A program made the position numbers and the translations under genes. The notes beneath the pieces were generated by a model. It did no database searches. It saw only the letters and a program-made list of their open reading frames with translations, and had not been told where the DNA came from. Shown here in pieces: positions 1 through 13,170 of a DNA stretch of 63,668 nt. The DNA comes from Moraxellaceae bacterium (GTDB lineage Bacteria; Pseudomonadota; Gammaproteobacteria; Pseudomonadales; Moraxellaceae). Each line of letters starts with the position of its first letter. The first letter of the stretch is position 1. The stretch covers positions 1 to 63,668 of the forward strand of contig JBASJP010000151.1 of assembly GCA_049655345.1 (NCBI GenBank), read 5' to 3'.

Positions 1-216
1 CATGACGAGTTTTGCGGACTGGTACGCATCAAGGTTGTGACCACAAGCCCAGAACGCACAACCGGCGAAAAACCGGCAGCCCCACTCAGACGCCTGAGTC
101 CGGAGACAGGCGCATTGCTCAATGAGCTGGCTGAATCCTTGGGCAGTGGGGAGGTTAGCGAAGCCATCCGCCTTCTGGCAACCCATGCCCGGACGAACGG
201 ATCATCCCGGGGCTAA
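1..216 (+). CDS. 3' end of a DUF721/DciA-like protein (partial; start lies upstream of the window)
   Basis: Frame 1 is open from the window edge to TAA at 214-216. The tail ...LRRLSPETGALLNELAESLGSGEVSEAIRLLATHARTNG resembles, from memory, the C-terminal helix of DUF721 proteins that often neighbour lpxC. Confidence 0.4.
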   Translation, partial: HDEFCGLVRIKVVTTSPERTTGEKPAAPLRRLSPETGALLNELAESLGSGEVSEAIRLLATHARTNGSSRG

Positions 217-255
217 AGCCCCATGAAAAACATAATCAATTGATTTTAAAAGGCT

Positions 256-1164
256 TTATTTTGATGATGCCTTGATATAGGAAATCGGAGCCAGGCTTTC
301 GTCATCAAATGTCACAATTTCCCAGGCATCCGGCTGATCAAGAAGTGCCCGCAACAACTGGTTGTTAAGGCCATGTCCGGACTTGTACCCCTGATACTCC
401 CCGATGATGCCGTAGCCCAGCAGGTACAGGTCGCCAATCGCATCCAGCATCTTGTGCCGGACAAACTCGTCCTCGTAGCGCAGGCCTTCGGCGTTCATGA
501 CGCCATCATCCCCCACCACAATGGCATTTTCCATGCTGCCACCAAGCGCCAGGTTCTTTGAGCGCAGGTACTCGATGTCGCGCATGAACCCAAAGGTGCG
601 GGCCCGACTGACTTCCTTTACATAGGAGGTCGTAGAGAAGTCGACCTCGGCGTACTTGTGATCATCATGAAACGCCGGGTGATCAAAGTCGATGGTGAAG
701 CAGAGCCTGAAACCATTATAAGGCTCAAACGCGGCGATCTTGTCCCCGTCCCGGACCTCGACACGGCGCTTGATACGGGCAAACCGCTTGGGTGCCTCCT
801 GCTCCACGACACCCGCGGCCTGGATCAGGAACACGAAAGGGCCGGCGCTGCCATCCATGATGGGGATTTCACCCGCCGTGACCTCGATACGGGCGTTATC
901 AACGCCAAGTCCGGACAGGGCAGACATCAGATGCTCAACGGTGGACAAGCGCACATCACCCTGCACCAGGCTGGTCGCCATGGCGGTATCCTTCACCAGC
1001 AAGGCCTTGGCGGGCAATTCAACCGGGGGGTCGATATCCGTACGCACAAAGACAATGCCGGTATCGGCCGGGGCCGCCATGAGCGTGAGAAAGATCTTCT
1101 CGCCCGAGTGAAGGCCCACGCCGCTGGCGCGAATGGTGTTCTTTACGGTGCGCTGTCGCAACAT
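256..1164 (-). CDS. lpxC: UDP-3-O-acyl-N-acetylglucosamine deacetylase
   Basis: ORF 256-1224 trimmed to ATG 1164. [23 protein letters not shown] is the canonical LpxC N-terminus (302 aa). The gene sits directly downstream of ftsZ. Confidence 0.95.
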   Translation of the reverse strand: MLRQRTVKNTIRASGVGLHSGEKIFLTLMAAPADTGIVFVRTDIDPPVELPAKALLVKDTAMATSLVQGDVRLSTVEHLMSALSGLGVDNARIEVTAGEIPIMDGSAGPFVFLIQAAGVVEQEAPKRFARIKRRVEVRDGDKIAAFEPYNGFRLCFTIDFDHPAFHDDHKYAEVDFSTTSYVKEVSRARTFGFMRDIEYLRSKNLALGGSMENAIVVGDDGVMNAEGLRYEDEFVRHKMLDAIGDLYLLGYGIIGEYQGYKSGHGLNNQLLRALLDQPDAWEIVTFDDESLAPISYIKASSK

Positions 1165-1300
1165 GTGACAAATTATTTCAGGATTCAGGAGGGGCGATGG
1201 TAGCAGACACGGCAGCCGCCGCAAAACAGGCCATCGGGAAGAAGGCCGGACTGATCGGGAGAGTGGGCCGATCAGTCCGGCGCAAGGCTGGCGACGGGGT

Positions 1301-2506
1301 TTAGTCCGCCTGGCGACGCAGGAAAGCAGGGATATTCAGCAGGTTGGCATCCGTTGAGCGCGGAGCGGTTCCGCCATTAGCCACTTTCTGGTTACGCAGA
1401 TAGGCCGGGGTATCGTAGTCATAGCTGCCGCCAACGACATGGCTGGTACCAGTGGCTGCAACAGGGGCTGGCTGGCTGGCCGGAACCGGCGCAGGCTGAC
1501 CAGGAACCAGGCGCATGGGCGCGGTGGCGGCATTGCGGGCAGCCTTGGGCAGGCCGGTGGCAACAACCGTCACGCGGAGCTCTTCGCCCAGATCCGGATC
1601 AAGGATGGTACCGATCACCACCGTGGCTTCCGGCGAGGCAAACTGTGCCACCAGGTCACCGACCGTGGTGTACTCGTCAATGCCAAGTTCGGGACCGGCA
1701 GCAATCGACACCAGCACACCACGAGCACCATCCAGACGGACATCATCCAGCAACGGGCTGTGGATGGCCATTTCAGTGGCCAGCCTGGCACGATCTTCAC
1801 CCTTGGCAGAACCGGTACCCATCAGGGCCAGTCCCTGCTCGGACATCACGGTGCGGACGTCAGCAAAGTCGACGTTGATTTCACCGGGCTGCTGAATCAT
1901 GTCGGCGATACCCTGCACGGCATTCTTGAGCACATTGTTGGCTGCACGGAAGGCCTCGATCATGGAGACCTTGCCCAGTACTGCCTGCAGGCGGTGATTG
2001 GGAATGGTGATCAGGGAATCAACATACTGGGACAGGTTTTCGATACCCGCTTCGGCCACGTCCATGCGGCGCTTGCCTTCGAACAGGAAGGGTTTGGTAA
2101 CCACACCAACGGTGAGAATGCCCATTTCCTTTGCGACTTCAGCCACGACCGGTGCACCACCAGTACCGGTGCCGCCACCCATGCCTGCCGCAATGAACAC
2201 CATGTCGGCACCAGCGAGCACTTCACGGATGCGATCACGGTCTTCGACCGCCGCCTGACGACCCACTTCAGGATTGGCACCTGCACCCAGACCACGGGTA
2301 ACGCCGGCACCCATGTGCAGCAGGGTCTTGGCAGACATCTTGGACAGATGCTGCATGTCGGTATTGGCACAGACAAAGTCCACACCCTGCACATCACTGG
2401 CAACCATGTGCTGGACAGCATTGCTGCCACCACCACCCACACCCACCACCTTGATTACTGCACGGCCATGCTGGGGAGCACTGTCGGCCAACTCAAAAAT
2501 GTTCAT
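1301..2506 (-). CDS. ftsZ: Cell division GTPase FtsZ
   Basis: [14 protein letters not shown] and the tubulin signature [17 protein letters not shown] are present. An AAGGAGAG RBS precedes the ATG. Confidence 0.98.
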   Translation of the reverse strand: MNIFELADSAPQHGRAVIKVVGVGGGGSNAVQHMVASDVQGVDFVCANTDMQHLSKMSAKTLLHMGAGVTRGLGAGANPEVGRQAAVEDRDRIREVLAGADMVFIAAGMGGGTGTGGAPVVAEVAKEMGILTVGVVTKPFLFEGKRRMDVAEAGIENLSQYVDSLITIPNHRLQAVLGKVSMIEAFRAANNVLKNAVQGIADMIQQPGEINVDFADVRTVMSEQGLALMGTGSAKGEDRARLATEMAIHSPLLDDVRLDGARGVLVSIAAGPELGIDEYTTVGDLVAQFASPEATVVIGTILDPDLGEELRVTVVATGLPKAARNAATAPMRLVPGQPAPVPASQPAPVAATGTSHVVGGSYDYDTPAYLRNQKVANGGTAPRSTDANLLNIPAFLRRQAD

Positions 2507-2583
2507 CTCACTCTCCTTTGCCCAAAATTTGTCTTGCTGCTTCTTGTTGCTTTTGCCAGGTATTCCGCTTACCCGGTACCCAC

Positions 2584-3837
2584 TCAGAAATTCCGCGCCA
2601 GCCAGCCTCGGAGCTTCTGAACGAACTCGCCTGCATCAAGCGCCGACCTTCGTGCCGGCTCCTGACCAATATTCCTGTCCAGATACTTCTTTCTTCCGTA
2701 CATCAACAGGCCAACGCCTGTTGAGTAAATCGGGTTCCGCAATACTTCACCCATGCCACCAACCTTCAGCGACTGCGGCATGCCGATGCGCACAGGCATA
2801 TGAAAAATCGATTCGGCCAGTGCCGTTGCTTCTTCGATCTTGGCCGAGCCACCGGTCAGCACGATGCCCGCCGACAGCTTGCCCATGAAGCCACTGCGAT
2901 CAATTTCGCTCATGACCAGCGTAAACAGTTCGTCATAACGCGGCTCGACTACCGCTGCGAGGGTCTGTCGCGACATGCGACGGGCCGGGCGATCACCCAT
3001 GCCCGGAACATTGATGCTGTCTTCCGGATTGACCTGCTGGGCCACCGCACAGGCGTATTTGATCTTGATGTCATCCGCATCCTGGGTCGGCGTGTGCAAG
3101 GCCATGGCAATGTCATTGGTGACCTGGTCACCCGCAATCGGGATAACGGCCGTGTGGCGAATCGCGCCCTTGCTGAAAATGGCCACATCAGTGGTGCCGC
3201 CGCCAATATCGACGAGGCAGACGCCATGCTCCTTTTCATCCTCGGTGAGGACCGCATTGCTGCAGGCGAGCTGATCCAGCACAACTTCGTCAATCTCGAT
3301 GCCACAGCCGCGCACACACTTCTCAAGGTTCTGCATGGCATTGGCAGAACAGGTCACCAGATGCACATGGCCTTCGAGGCGGACACCGGACATGCCGAGC
3401 GGGTCACGGACATCACCCTGGTCATCCACCTGGAATTCCTGCGGCAGGATATGCAGGATGCGCTGATCTGTCGGAATGGGGCCGGACTTGGCTGCATCGA
3501 TCACACGTTCGATATCGCCCTGCTGAACCTCACCCTCACGAATGGCAACCACGGCCTGGGAATTGCGCCCGCCAATATGGGAACCGGCAATGCTGATATA
3601 GGCAGAGTGGATGCGACAGTCGGCCATGAGCTCCGCTTCGGCCACTGCCCCCTGAATGGACTGGACAGTCTGATCGATGTTGACGACCACGCCCTTTTTC
3701 ATCCCGCGAGAAGGTTTCATGCCGACGCCGACAATTTCCAGCTCGCCTTCGGCGTTGATCTGGCCGACCAGCGCCACCACCTTGGCGGTGCCGACATCGA
3801 TCCCCACGATCATCGGATTGCTCGTTGCGCTTGCCAT
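2584..3837 (-). CDS. ftsA: Cell division protein FtsA (actin-like ATPase)
   Basis: IVGIDVGTAKV and DIGGGTTD motifs. ATG 3837 has an AAGGAAG RBS; the ORF-track start at 3852 is a GTG five codons upstream. Confidence 0.95.
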   Translation of the reverse strand: MASATSNPMIVGIDVGTAKVVALVGQINAEGELEIVGVGMKPSRGMKKGVVVNIDQTVQSIQGAVAEAELMADCRIHSAYISIAGSHIGGRNSQAVVAIREGEVQQGDIERVIDAAKSGPIPTDQRILHILPQEFQVDDQGDVRDPLGMSGVRLEGHVHLVTCSANAMQNLEKCVRGCGIEIDEVVLDQLACSNAVLTEDEKEHGVCLVDIGGGTTDVAIFSKGAIRHTAVIPIAGDQVTNDIAMALHTPTQDADDIKIKYACAVAQQVNPEDSINVPGMGDRPARRMSRQTLAAVVEPRYDELFTLVMSEIDRSGFMGKLSAGIVLTGGSAKIEEATALAESIFHMPVRIGMPQSLKVGGMGEVLRNPIYSTGVGLLMYGRKKYLDRNIGQEPARRSALDAGEFVQKLRGWLARNF

Positions 3838-3913
3838 CTCTTCCTTACCCACTCAGCGGGGGCATTCCGTTTAAAGAATGCCATCCCGAATCATAAAATT
3901 TCTGCGTAAAAAA

Positions 3914-5667
<1,754 letters not shown>

Positions 5668-7107
5668 TCAACCCTGCAGATAAAGGCTGTGCTGGGCCAG
5701 TTCCAGAGCTACTGCACCAACCGTACCTGCCCCCTGGGTCAGCAATACATCGCCAGGACGCAGGACATGCCGCATCAATTCACCCAGCTCCGTGGCACTT
5801 TCCACAAATACCGGATCAACCAGTCCGCGCGTCCTTATGCTGCGCGCCAATGCACGACCATCCGCTCCGGCAATCGGCTTTTCACCTGCGCTATAAACAT
5901 CCAGCAACAGCAATGCATCAACCGTGGACAGCACATGCACAAAATCCTCGAAACAGTCGCGCGTACGCGTATAGCGATGCGGCTGGAACATCATGACAAG
6001 ACGTCGCCCCGGGAAGCTCTGCCGTGCCGCCTTGATGGTGGCATCCACTTCGCGGGGGTGATGGCCATAGTCATCGACCAGACAGACACTTCCACCCTCC
6101 AGCGGAAAATCGCCGTACTGCTGAAAGCGGCGACCAACGCCCTCGAAACCGGCAAGAGCACGCACAATCGCCTCATCTGACGCTTTCTCGTCAGTGGCAA
6201 TGGCAATAGCCGCCAGTGAATTCTGCACGTTGTGCATTCCCGGAAGATTCAGGGTGATCGGCAACGGCTCATGTCCGGCACGAAGCACAGTGAAATGCGT
6301 GCGCAAACCGTCCTGGCTAATATCGACAGCACGCACATCATTACCTTCCTGCAGGCCATACGTGATTATCGGGCGCGCAACATCCGGCATGATTTCGTGG
6401 ATCACAGGGTCATCCCCGCACAGTACGGCCAGGCCATAAAACGGCAGGTTGTGCAGGAATTCGACGAAGGTCTGCTTCAGCTTGTCAAACGAACCGCCAT
6501 AGGTATCCATATGGTCGGCATCAATATTGGTTACTACCGCAGCCATCGGCTGCAGATGCAGGAAAGACGCATCACTTTCGTCTGCTTCGGCCACGAAATA
6601 ACGACTGGCTCCCAGACGCGCATTGGTGCCTGCACTGTTAAGCAGACCGCCGATCACGAACGTAGGATCACGACCATCCTCCCCCAGAATGGAGGCAACA
6701 AGGCTGGTTGTTGTGGTCTTGCCATGCGTACCGGCAATGGCAATGCCATGGCGGTAACGCATCAATTCACCGAGCATTTCTGCACGACGCACGACAGGCA
6801 GGCGTGCCTCGCGAGCTGCGGCAATCTCCGGGTTCTCCATATCAATTGCCGTCGAAACAACAATTACGTCCGCACCCTCAATATTCTCGGCGCGATGACC
6901 AATAAACACCTGGGCGCCCAAAGACTGCAAATGTGCCGTTGTCTTGCCTGCCTTGATGTCAGAGCCGCTGATCTTGTAACCCTGATTCAGCAAGACCTCG
7001 GCAATACCGCACATGCCTGCACCACCAATACCGATGAAGTGCAGGCGACGGATACGACGCATTTCCGGGATTTCAATCAGCCTCGAACGGCTGGCTGGCT
7101 TGTTCAT
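5668..7107 (-). CDS. murC: UDP-N-acetylmuramate--L-alanine ligase
   Basis: [18 protein letters not shown]-terminus, Mur ligase P-loop GTHGKTTTT, 479 aa. Confidence 0.95.
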   Translation of the reverse strand: MNKPASRSRLIEIPEMRRIRRLHFIGIGGAGMCGIAEVLLNQGYKISGSDIKAGKTTAHLQSLGAQVFIGHRAENIEGADVIVVSTAIDMENPEIAAAREARLPVVRRAEMLGELMRYRHGIAIAGTHGKTTTTSLVASILGEDGRDPTFVIGGLLNSAGTNARLGASRYFVAEADESDASFLHLQPMAAVVTNIDADHMDTYGGSFDKLKQTFVEFLHNLPFYGLAVLCGDDPVIHEIMPDVARPIITYGLQEGNDVRAVDISQDGLRTHFTVLRAGHEPLPITLNLPGMHNVQNSLAAIAIATDEKASDEAIVRALAGFEGVGRRFQQYGDFPLEGGSVCLVDDYGHHPREVDATIKAARQSFPGRRLVMMFQPHRYTRTRDCFEDFVHVLSTVDALLLLDVYSAGEKPIAGADGRALARSIRTRGLVDPVFVESATELGELMRHVLRPGDVLLTQGAGTVGAVALELAQHSLYLQG

Positions 7108-8186
7108 TTTCCACCTCTGAGACAGGCCGCAACGACCATGTCCGTTGATTCTGGTTGGGCTTTCAACCGGGCTGCGCGGGCCATGCCAAGCAAGGCAGTC
7201 CTGTTCATCAGTGGCAGCAGTGCTTCAGCCAGTTTTTCTGCCGTCAGCTCCTGCTGCCGGAAGAGCAATGCCGCACCGGCTTCACTCAGGTAACGGCCGT
7301 TGGCTGTCTGGTGATCATCAACTGCAAACGGATAAGGAATAAGCACAGACCCGACACCAACTGCGGCAATCTCGGACACCGTCAGCGCGCCCGAGCGACA
7401 AATCACAAGATCGGCCCATGCGTACATGGCGGCCATGTCATGAATGAACGGCAGGATATCCGCCTGCACGCCCACGTCCTTATAGCGTGCAGTTGCCTTT
7501 TCAATATTGCGCTTGCCCGCCTGATGCCGGATGTCCAGCGCAACCTGCTTCGCCACTATCGACAATGCTTCCGGCACCAGTTCGTTAAGTGCCACCGCCC
7601 CCTGACTGCCGCCCATGACAAGGACACGCAAGGCGCCAGTACGCCCGGCAAAGCGCTCATCAGGCTGTGACAAACCGGCAATTTCTGCTCGAACCGGATT
7701 ACCGACACAGGTCACTTTTGGCGAGGCGGGAAAAGCGCCGGGAAATGCCTCAAGCACGCGGGTAGCCACGCGGGACAGCTGGCGGTTGGTAAACCCTGCC
7801 ACGGCATTCTGTTCATGAATCAGCAATGGCTTGCCGAGTAACCGCGCCGCCACACCACCAGGGCCCGTGACATAACCGCCAAGGCCGATCACACAATCTG
7901 CCTGGACCGCACGCAAGGTGCGCATGGCCGCCAATACGGCACGAACAATCTTGAACGGGGCCAGCAACAGTCGTGCAATACCCTGACCACGCACGCCACT
8001 GACATCGAGATACGTGATATCAAACTGCCGTGCCGGCACCAACTCTGCCTCGATACCTGCGCGAGTACCCAGCCAGTGGATACGCACGCCTTTTTCACGC
8101 AACGCTTCGGCAACTGCCAGCGCAGGAAATACATGACCGCCCGTACCACCCGCCATGACAACCACACTTTTCACGGGAGCACTCAT
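7104..8186 (-). CDS. murG: Lipid II-forming N-acetylglucosaminyl transferase MurG
   Basis: [18 protein letters not shown]-loop, 360 aa, dcw position. Confidence 0.95.
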   Translation of the reverse strand: MSAPVKSVVVMAGGTGGHVFPALAVAEALREKGVRIHWLGTRAGIEAELVPARQFDITYLDVSGVRGQGIARLLLAPFKIVRAVLAAMRTLRAVQADCVIGLGGYVTGPGGVAARLLGKPLLIHEQNAVAGFTNRQLSRVATRVLEAFPGAFPASPKVTCVGNPVRAEIAGLSQPDERFAGRTGALRVLVMGGSQGAVALNELVPEALSIVAKQVALDIRHQAGKRNIEKATARYKDVGVQADILPFIHDMAAMYAWADLVICRSGALTVSEIAAVGVGSVLIPYPFAVDDHQTANGRYLSEAGAALLFRQQELTAEKLAEALLPLMNRTALLGMARAARLKAQPESTDMVVAACLRGGK

Positions 8187-9352
8187 GCTTTTGCCCCCCT
8201 GCCAGCCACAACACCGGCCGCTTTGGTTTCCGAATCAATCCGCAACACCACCGCCAGCATCACAAAGACCATGACCAGACTCGACCCACCATAACTGACC
8301 AGTGGCAACGTCAGCCCCTTGGTCGGGAAAAGCCCCATGTTGACGCCAACATTGAACAGCGTCTGCATGCCGACCAATACGGCAACACCGTAAGCCACAT
8401 AAGCGCCATACAGTTGTCCAGCGAGCTCTGCCTGCTGGCCGATACGCATGATTGAGCGAATCAGCACCCAGAACAGTGCAATCAGAATGAACACACCAAC
8501 CAGACCAAATTCCTCTGCATAAATGGCAAATACAAAATCGGTATGCGCCTCCGGCAGATAGGAAAGTTTCTGGATGCTCCGGCCCAGACCTACGCCAAAC
8601 CAGTCACCACGACCAAAAGCAATCAGGCTTTGTGAGAGCTGGTAACCCGAATTGAACTGATCGGCCCAGGGATCCATGAATGAGGTGAGACGCTTGAGCC
8701 GGTAAGGCTCGAAAATAACCAGCATCACCGCCATGGCAGCAACAAGACTGAAGATCGATGCAAACGTCAGCATCGGTGTGCCGGCAAGAAACAGCATGGC
8801 CATGGCAGCAGACACCATGACAACACTGGCACCAAAATCCGGCTCCATGAGCAAGAGCACAACACCAATCCCGACCACCAGCATTGGATTGATGAAGCCG
8901 CGCCAGCTGTTGCGAACAACCTCCTGACGCCTGACCAGATACGACGCCATGTAAAGCACAATGGCAAACTTGGCGATTTCCGACGGTTGCAGCGTCACGC
9001 CCGGCAGGGCAATCCATCGCGTGCTGCCATTCACCCGATGCCCGATACCGGGAACCAGAACCAGAACCAGCAACAATCCTGCCAGGCCCAGCAACCAGAA
9101 TGCATGCTTCTGGAACCACGCCACGGAAAAGACATGCAGCGTCACAGCACCCGCGCCAAAAGCAACCGTCAACCAGAACAGATGACGCGACAGGAAATGG
9201 AATGTGCTGCCGAACTTGGCCTCACCAGTCACCATGGAAGCCGAAGCCACCATGATGAGACCGATGCAGCAGAGAATGCCGGCAGACAGCATGAGCAAAT
9301 GTCGCGATGTCACACCGCGCATCAGGTCAGGCATTGTTACTGGCACTGGCAT
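8183..9352 (-). CDS. ftsW: SEDS-family peptidoglycan glycosyltransferase FtsW
   Basis: Polytopic membrane protein. The ORF-track 5' extension overlaps murD, so the start is set to ATG 9352 (389 aa). Confidence 0.9.
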   Translation of the reverse strand: MPVPVTMPDLMRGVTSRHLLMLSAGILCCIGLIMVASASMVTGEAKFGSTFHFLSRHLFWLTVAFGAGAVTLHVFSVAWFQKHAFWLLGLAGLLLVLVLVPGIGHRVNGSTRWIALPGVTLQPSEIAKFAIVLYMASYLVRRQEVVRNSWRGFINPMLVVGIGVVLLLMEPDFGASVVMVSAAMAMLFLAGTPMLTFASIFSLVAAMAVMLVIFEPYRLKRLTSFMDPWADQFNSGYQLSQSLIAFGRGDWFGVGLGRSIQKLSYLPEAHTDFVFAIYAEEFGLVGVFILIALFWVLIRSIMRIGQQAELAGQLYGAYVAYGVAVLVGMQTLFNVGVNMGLFPTKGLTLPLVSYGGSSLVMVFVMLAVVLRIDSETKAAGVVAGRGAKA

Positions 9353-9362
9353 CACTTTCACG

Positions 9363-10733
9363 TCAGTCTCCGCACACGGAATGAACGGCAGCAACGAACT
9401 GCTCACCGCGATCTTCGTAATGCTTGAACATGTCAAAACTTGCACAGGCAGGCGACAACAGCACGGCATCTCCTGATTGCGCCAGTGCACGAGACTTTTC
9501 AACCGCATCAATCAGGCTGACTGCGCTTACCTTCGGAACAGTGGCCGCAACAGCCGCACCAATCCTTGGCCCATCCTCGCCGATCAGCACCAGAGCCCGT
9601 GCAAACTGAACCAGCGGCATCGACAGCGGCGTGAAGTCCTGGCCCTTGCCTACACCACCGGCAATCAGGACCAGCTTGCCGTCAATCGCGGCGCCAAGAC
9701 CATTGATGGCTGCCAGTGTGGCGCCAACATTCGTGCCCTTGGAGTCGTTGTACCAGGCGATGCCATTCTTCTCGCTAACCAGTTCACAACGGTGCGGAAG
9801 ACCTGGAAATGTGCGCAGCGTCTCCAGCATGGCAGGCATCGGCAACCCTGCCGCCTGGCCCAGTGCCAGACATGCCAGAACATTGGCTACATTGTGATCA
9901 CCACGAATTTTCATTTCGCGTACCGGCATCAGCAACTCGGCACCCTGCGCCAGATACTTCTCGCCACCACTGATGATCACACCAAACTGGCCTGCTGCAG
10001 GCGCGTCCAGACCAAAGCTGCTCGTTGGCAGGCTGGCAGTGATATCCGGCGATGTCAGTGCATCATCACGATTGATTACACAGTGGCGGCAGTTGCTGAA
10101 AATCCGGTATTTGGCATTGCAATAAGCCTGCATGGAGTCATAACGATCCATGTGGTCTTCACTGATATTCAGCACAACGGCAACAGCGGCTTGCAGCGAG
10201 TGCGTGGTTTCCAACTGAAAGCTGGACAGCTCCAGCACATACATCTGCTGTTCACCCTCAAGGCGCAGCATGTCGAGCACCGGCAAACCGATATTGCCGC
10301 CTACACCAACGTTGATGCCGGCGTTCCGGGCCATCAGGCCAACCAGTGTGGTGACTGTGCTTTTGGCATTGGCGCCAGTAATGGCGATGACAGGTGCCTT
10401 CACTTCACGACAGAAAAGCTCGATGTCACCCGCTATCGGCACACCAGATTCTTGACTGGCAGCGACCAGCTCCGGCTCATTCACGGAAATACCGGGGCTG
10501 GCCACAATCTCGCTGGCTCGGCGCAATAAACCGGCATCAAGTCCGCCCAGACTGATCTCCACATCCGGAAACTCGGCACGCAACTCAGCCAGACCCGGCG
10601 GATTTTCGCGCGTGTCATTGACTGCAACCGGATACCCCCGGCTTTTCAGAAAGCGAACGCAGGAGAGACCCGTCTTACCCAGACCGACCACTACCTTCAA
10701 TTCATTGCGCCCGTTCAATTGCATCATTGCCAT
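9363..10733 (-). CDS. murD: UDP-N-acetylmuramoylalanine--D-glutamate ligase
   Basis: VVVGLGKTGLSCVRFL Rossmann N-terminus and ITGANAKSTVT P-loop. Confidence 0.95.
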   Translation of the reverse strand: MAMMQLNGRNELKVVVGLGKTGLSCVRFLKSRGYPVAVNDTRENPPGLAELRAEFPDVEISLGGLDAGLLRRASEIVASPGISVNEPELVAASQESGVPIAGDIELFCREVKAPVIAITGANAKSTVTTLVGLMARNAGINVGVGGNIGLPVLDMLRLEGEQQMYVLELSSFQLETTHSLQAAVAVVLNISEDHMDRYDSMQAYCNAKYRIFSNCRHCVINRDDALTSPDITASLPTSSFGLDAPAAGQFGVIISGGEKYLAQGAELLMPVREMKIRGDHNVANVLACLALGQAAGLPMPAMLETLRTFPGLPHRCELVSEKNGIAWYNDSKGTNVGATLAAINGLGAAIDGKLVLIAGGVGKGQDFTPLSMPLVQFARALVLIGEDGPRIGAAVAATVPKVSAVSLIDAVEKSRALAQSGDAVLLSPACASFDMFKHYEDRGEQFVAAVHSVCGD

Positions 10734-10734
10734 T

Positions 10735-11817
10735 TCACCGCAACTTCAGCGTGGAAAGACCAACCAGCACCAGCATGAAACTGATGATCCAGAACCGGAC
10801 CACCACCTTGGTTTCCGGCCAACCCTTGAGTTCGTAATGATGATGAATGGGCGCCATGCGAAAGATACGGCGCCCGGTCAGTTTGAATGAAGCAACCTGC
10901 AACATCACCGACACGGTCTCCATCACGAACACACCGCCCATGATGAACAGCACAATTTCCTGGCGCACAATCACGGCCATCACACCCAGCACGGCACCCA
11001 GAGCCAGAGCGCCAACATCCCCCATGAATACCTGTGCGGGGTAGGCGTTAAACCAGAGAAAGCCAAGACCGGCACCGATGATTGAGCCGCAGATCACCAC
11101 CAGCTCACCTGAGCCGGCGACATAGGGAATGTGCAGGTACGTAGCAAACTTGATATTGCCTGTCAGGTAGGCAAACACGGCCAGCGCACCGGCAACCATG
11201 ACCGTTGGCATGATGGCGAGACCATCCAGGCCATCCGTCAGGTTGACGGCATTACTGGTACCAACAATCACGAAGTACGTCAGCACCATGTAAAAGATTC
11301 CAAGCGGAATAACCACGCTCTTGAACAGCGGAACAATAAGACTGGTTTCAACAGGCGTGCGCGCGTAGTGATAAAGGAAAACCGCTGCACCAATACCCGC
11401 AACCGACTGCCACAAATATTTCCAGCGACCAGGCAAGCCCCGCGGGTTTTTTTCTACTACCTTGCGGTAATCATCCACCCAGCCGACAGCACCAAAAACA
11501 ACCATCACGGCCATCACGACCCAGACATAGGGATTCTTCAGGTTGGCCCACAGCAGGGTACTGACGCCGATAGCCACCAGAATAAGCACGCCACCCATGG
11601 TAGGTGTGCCCGTCTTTGCCAGATGGGACTGGGGTCCGTCCGTGCGAATGGCCTGCCCGAACTTCATGGCACGCAGGCGCTCGATCATCCATGGGCCCCA
11701 CCACAGGGACAGCCCCAGAGCGGTTGCGACACCGAGCATTGCGCGCAGCGTAAGGTACTGAAAGACCAGAAAGCCTTTATGGTACTGCGCCAGAAATTCT
11801 GCCAGCCAAAGCAGCAT
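10735..11817 (-). CDS. mraY: Phospho-N-acetylmuramoyl-pentapeptide transferase
   Basis: 360-aa polytopic protein with [23 protein letters not shown] and PIHHHYE motifs. Confidence 0.97.
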   Translation of the reverse strand: MLLWLAEFLAQYHKGFLVFQYLTLRAMLGVATALGLSLWWGPWMIERLRAMKFGQAIRTDGPQSHLAKTGTPTMGGVLILVAIGVSTLLWANLKNPYVWVVMAVMVVFGAVGWVDDYRKVVEKNPRGLPGRWKYLWQSVAGIGAAVFLYHYARTPVETSLIVPLFKSVVIPLGIFYMVLTYFVIVGTSNAVNLTDGLDGLAIMPTVMVAGALAVFAYLTGNIKFATYLHIPYVAGSGELVVICGSIIGAGLGFLWFNAYPAQVFMGDVGALALGAVLGVMAVIVRQEIVLFIMGGVFVMETVSVMLQVASFKLTGRRIFRMAPIHHHYELKGWPETKVVVRFWIISFMLVLVGLSTLKLR

Positions 11818-11820
11818 CGA

Positions 11821-13170
11821 TCAGGACTCCTTCTTGTCCGTCAACGCGTCGACAACCTGCTCCATGCGGGCCGAACGCGAACCTTTCACGAGCAGGGTTA
11901 CAACTCCCTCCAGCTCTTTTTCCAGCTCCTCAATGAGCAACTGCTTTTCCTGAAATGCCCGTGCATCCGCACCAAAACCGCTGGCGGTGAAGCCGCTGTA
12001 CTGTCCAACCGTGTAGAGCGCATCTATTTTTTTCATTCTTGCGTACTCCCCGACTTCTTTATGGCCAGATTCAGTGGCCTCGCCCAACTCCCCCATATCC
12101 CCCAGCACCAGCACACGACGACCAGGCAAATCTGCCAGTACATCAATCGCAGCCTTGACCGAGGCAGGATTCGCGTTGTAGGTATCGTCAATCACCACAC
12201 AATTTTTGCCACCGGACTTCTGCACCAGTCGACCAGCAACAGGCCGGGTATTTTCGAGCCCTCGCACAATTGCAGTCAGTGGCACATGGCAGGCATGAGC
12301 AAGTGCTGCAGCAGCCAGCGCATTGGTGACGTTGTGACGCCCCAGTAATTGCAGCTGCACAGTTGCAGCATCAGCACCAAGATGAAGGGTGAAGGCATAG
12401 GCTCGATTGGCACCGATGCGAACGTCACTGGCATGAACAGTCACAGGCGCATTCATCGAAAACTCGATTTGCTTCCGGTCAGCCGCCAGTTCACGCCAGT
12501 ACGAAGCAAACTCGTCATCATGATTGATGACAGCAACGCCGGCTTCAGTCAGCCCGCCGTAAATTTCGCCTTTTGCTTCTGCAATACCCTCACGCGAACC
12601 GAAGCCCTCAAGATGAGCAACACCGACATTTGTGATAACGGCGGCATGCGGCGCAACCAGCCCACTTGTATAGGCGATTTCGCCACGATGATTAGCACCC
12701 AGCTCGAACACGCCAAACTGGTGTGCACTGCTCAGGCGCAGCAAGGTGAGCGGAACACCGATTTCATTGTTCTTGTTACCCAGTGTTGCCAGCGTCGGGC
12801 CTATGCCCTCAAAAATGCTGGCCATCATTTCCTTGGTAGTGGTTTTGCCAGCACTTCCGGTGATGGCAACCCGAGTCAGGGAAAACTGTTCGCGCCATGC
12901 CTGCCCCAGCTTTCCAAGTGCCACAAATGTATCCGCCACCAGCACCTGGGGAATGCCGGCAGCCGGATCAACACGACTGACAAGGGCTGCCAAGGCACCA
13001 GCCTCAGCAGCACGGGCAATGAAATTATTGGCATCAAAATTCGGGCCGGAGAGCGCAATGAACATGTCGCCCTCGACCAGCGCACGGGTATCAGTCGAGA
13101 ACGAGGTGATACCGGCATCCAGACCCACCAGTTCACCATCCAGAATCTGTGCCATTTGTGAAAGTTTCAT
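11821..13170 (-). CDS. murF: UDP-MurNAc-tripeptide--D-alanyl-D-alanine ligase
   Basis: ITGSAGKTTTKEM P-loop. ATG 13170 forms an ATGA overlap with the murE stop. Confidence 0.93.
   Translation of the reverse strand: MKLSQMAQILDGELVGLDAGITSFSTDTRALVEGDMFIALSGPNFDANNFIARAAEAGALAALVSRVDPAAGIPQVLVADTFVALGKLGQAWREQFSLTRVAITGSAGKTTTKEMMASIFEGIGPTLATLGNKNNEIGVPLTLLRLSSAHQFGVFELGANHRGEIAYTSGLVAPHAAVITNVGVAHLEGFGSREGIAEAKGEIYGGLTEAGVAVINHDDEFASYWRELAADRKQIEFSMNAPVTVHASDVRIGANRAYAFTLHLGADAATVQLQLLGRHNVTNALAAAALAHACHVPLTAIVRGLENTRPVAGRLVQKSGGKNCVVIDDTYNANPASVKAAIDVLADLPGRRVLVLGDMGELGEATESGHKEVGEYARMKKIDALYTVGQYSGFTASGFGADARAFQEKQLLIEELEKELEGVVTLLVKGSRSARMEQVVDALTDKKES

Noticed and set aside
3861-3882. 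7-bp hairpin (GGCATTC-N8-GAATGCC) between ftsQ and ftsA.
   Set aside because: The stem is short with no U-run, and it lies inside a constitutively co-transcribed cluster. The evidence for a function is insufficient.
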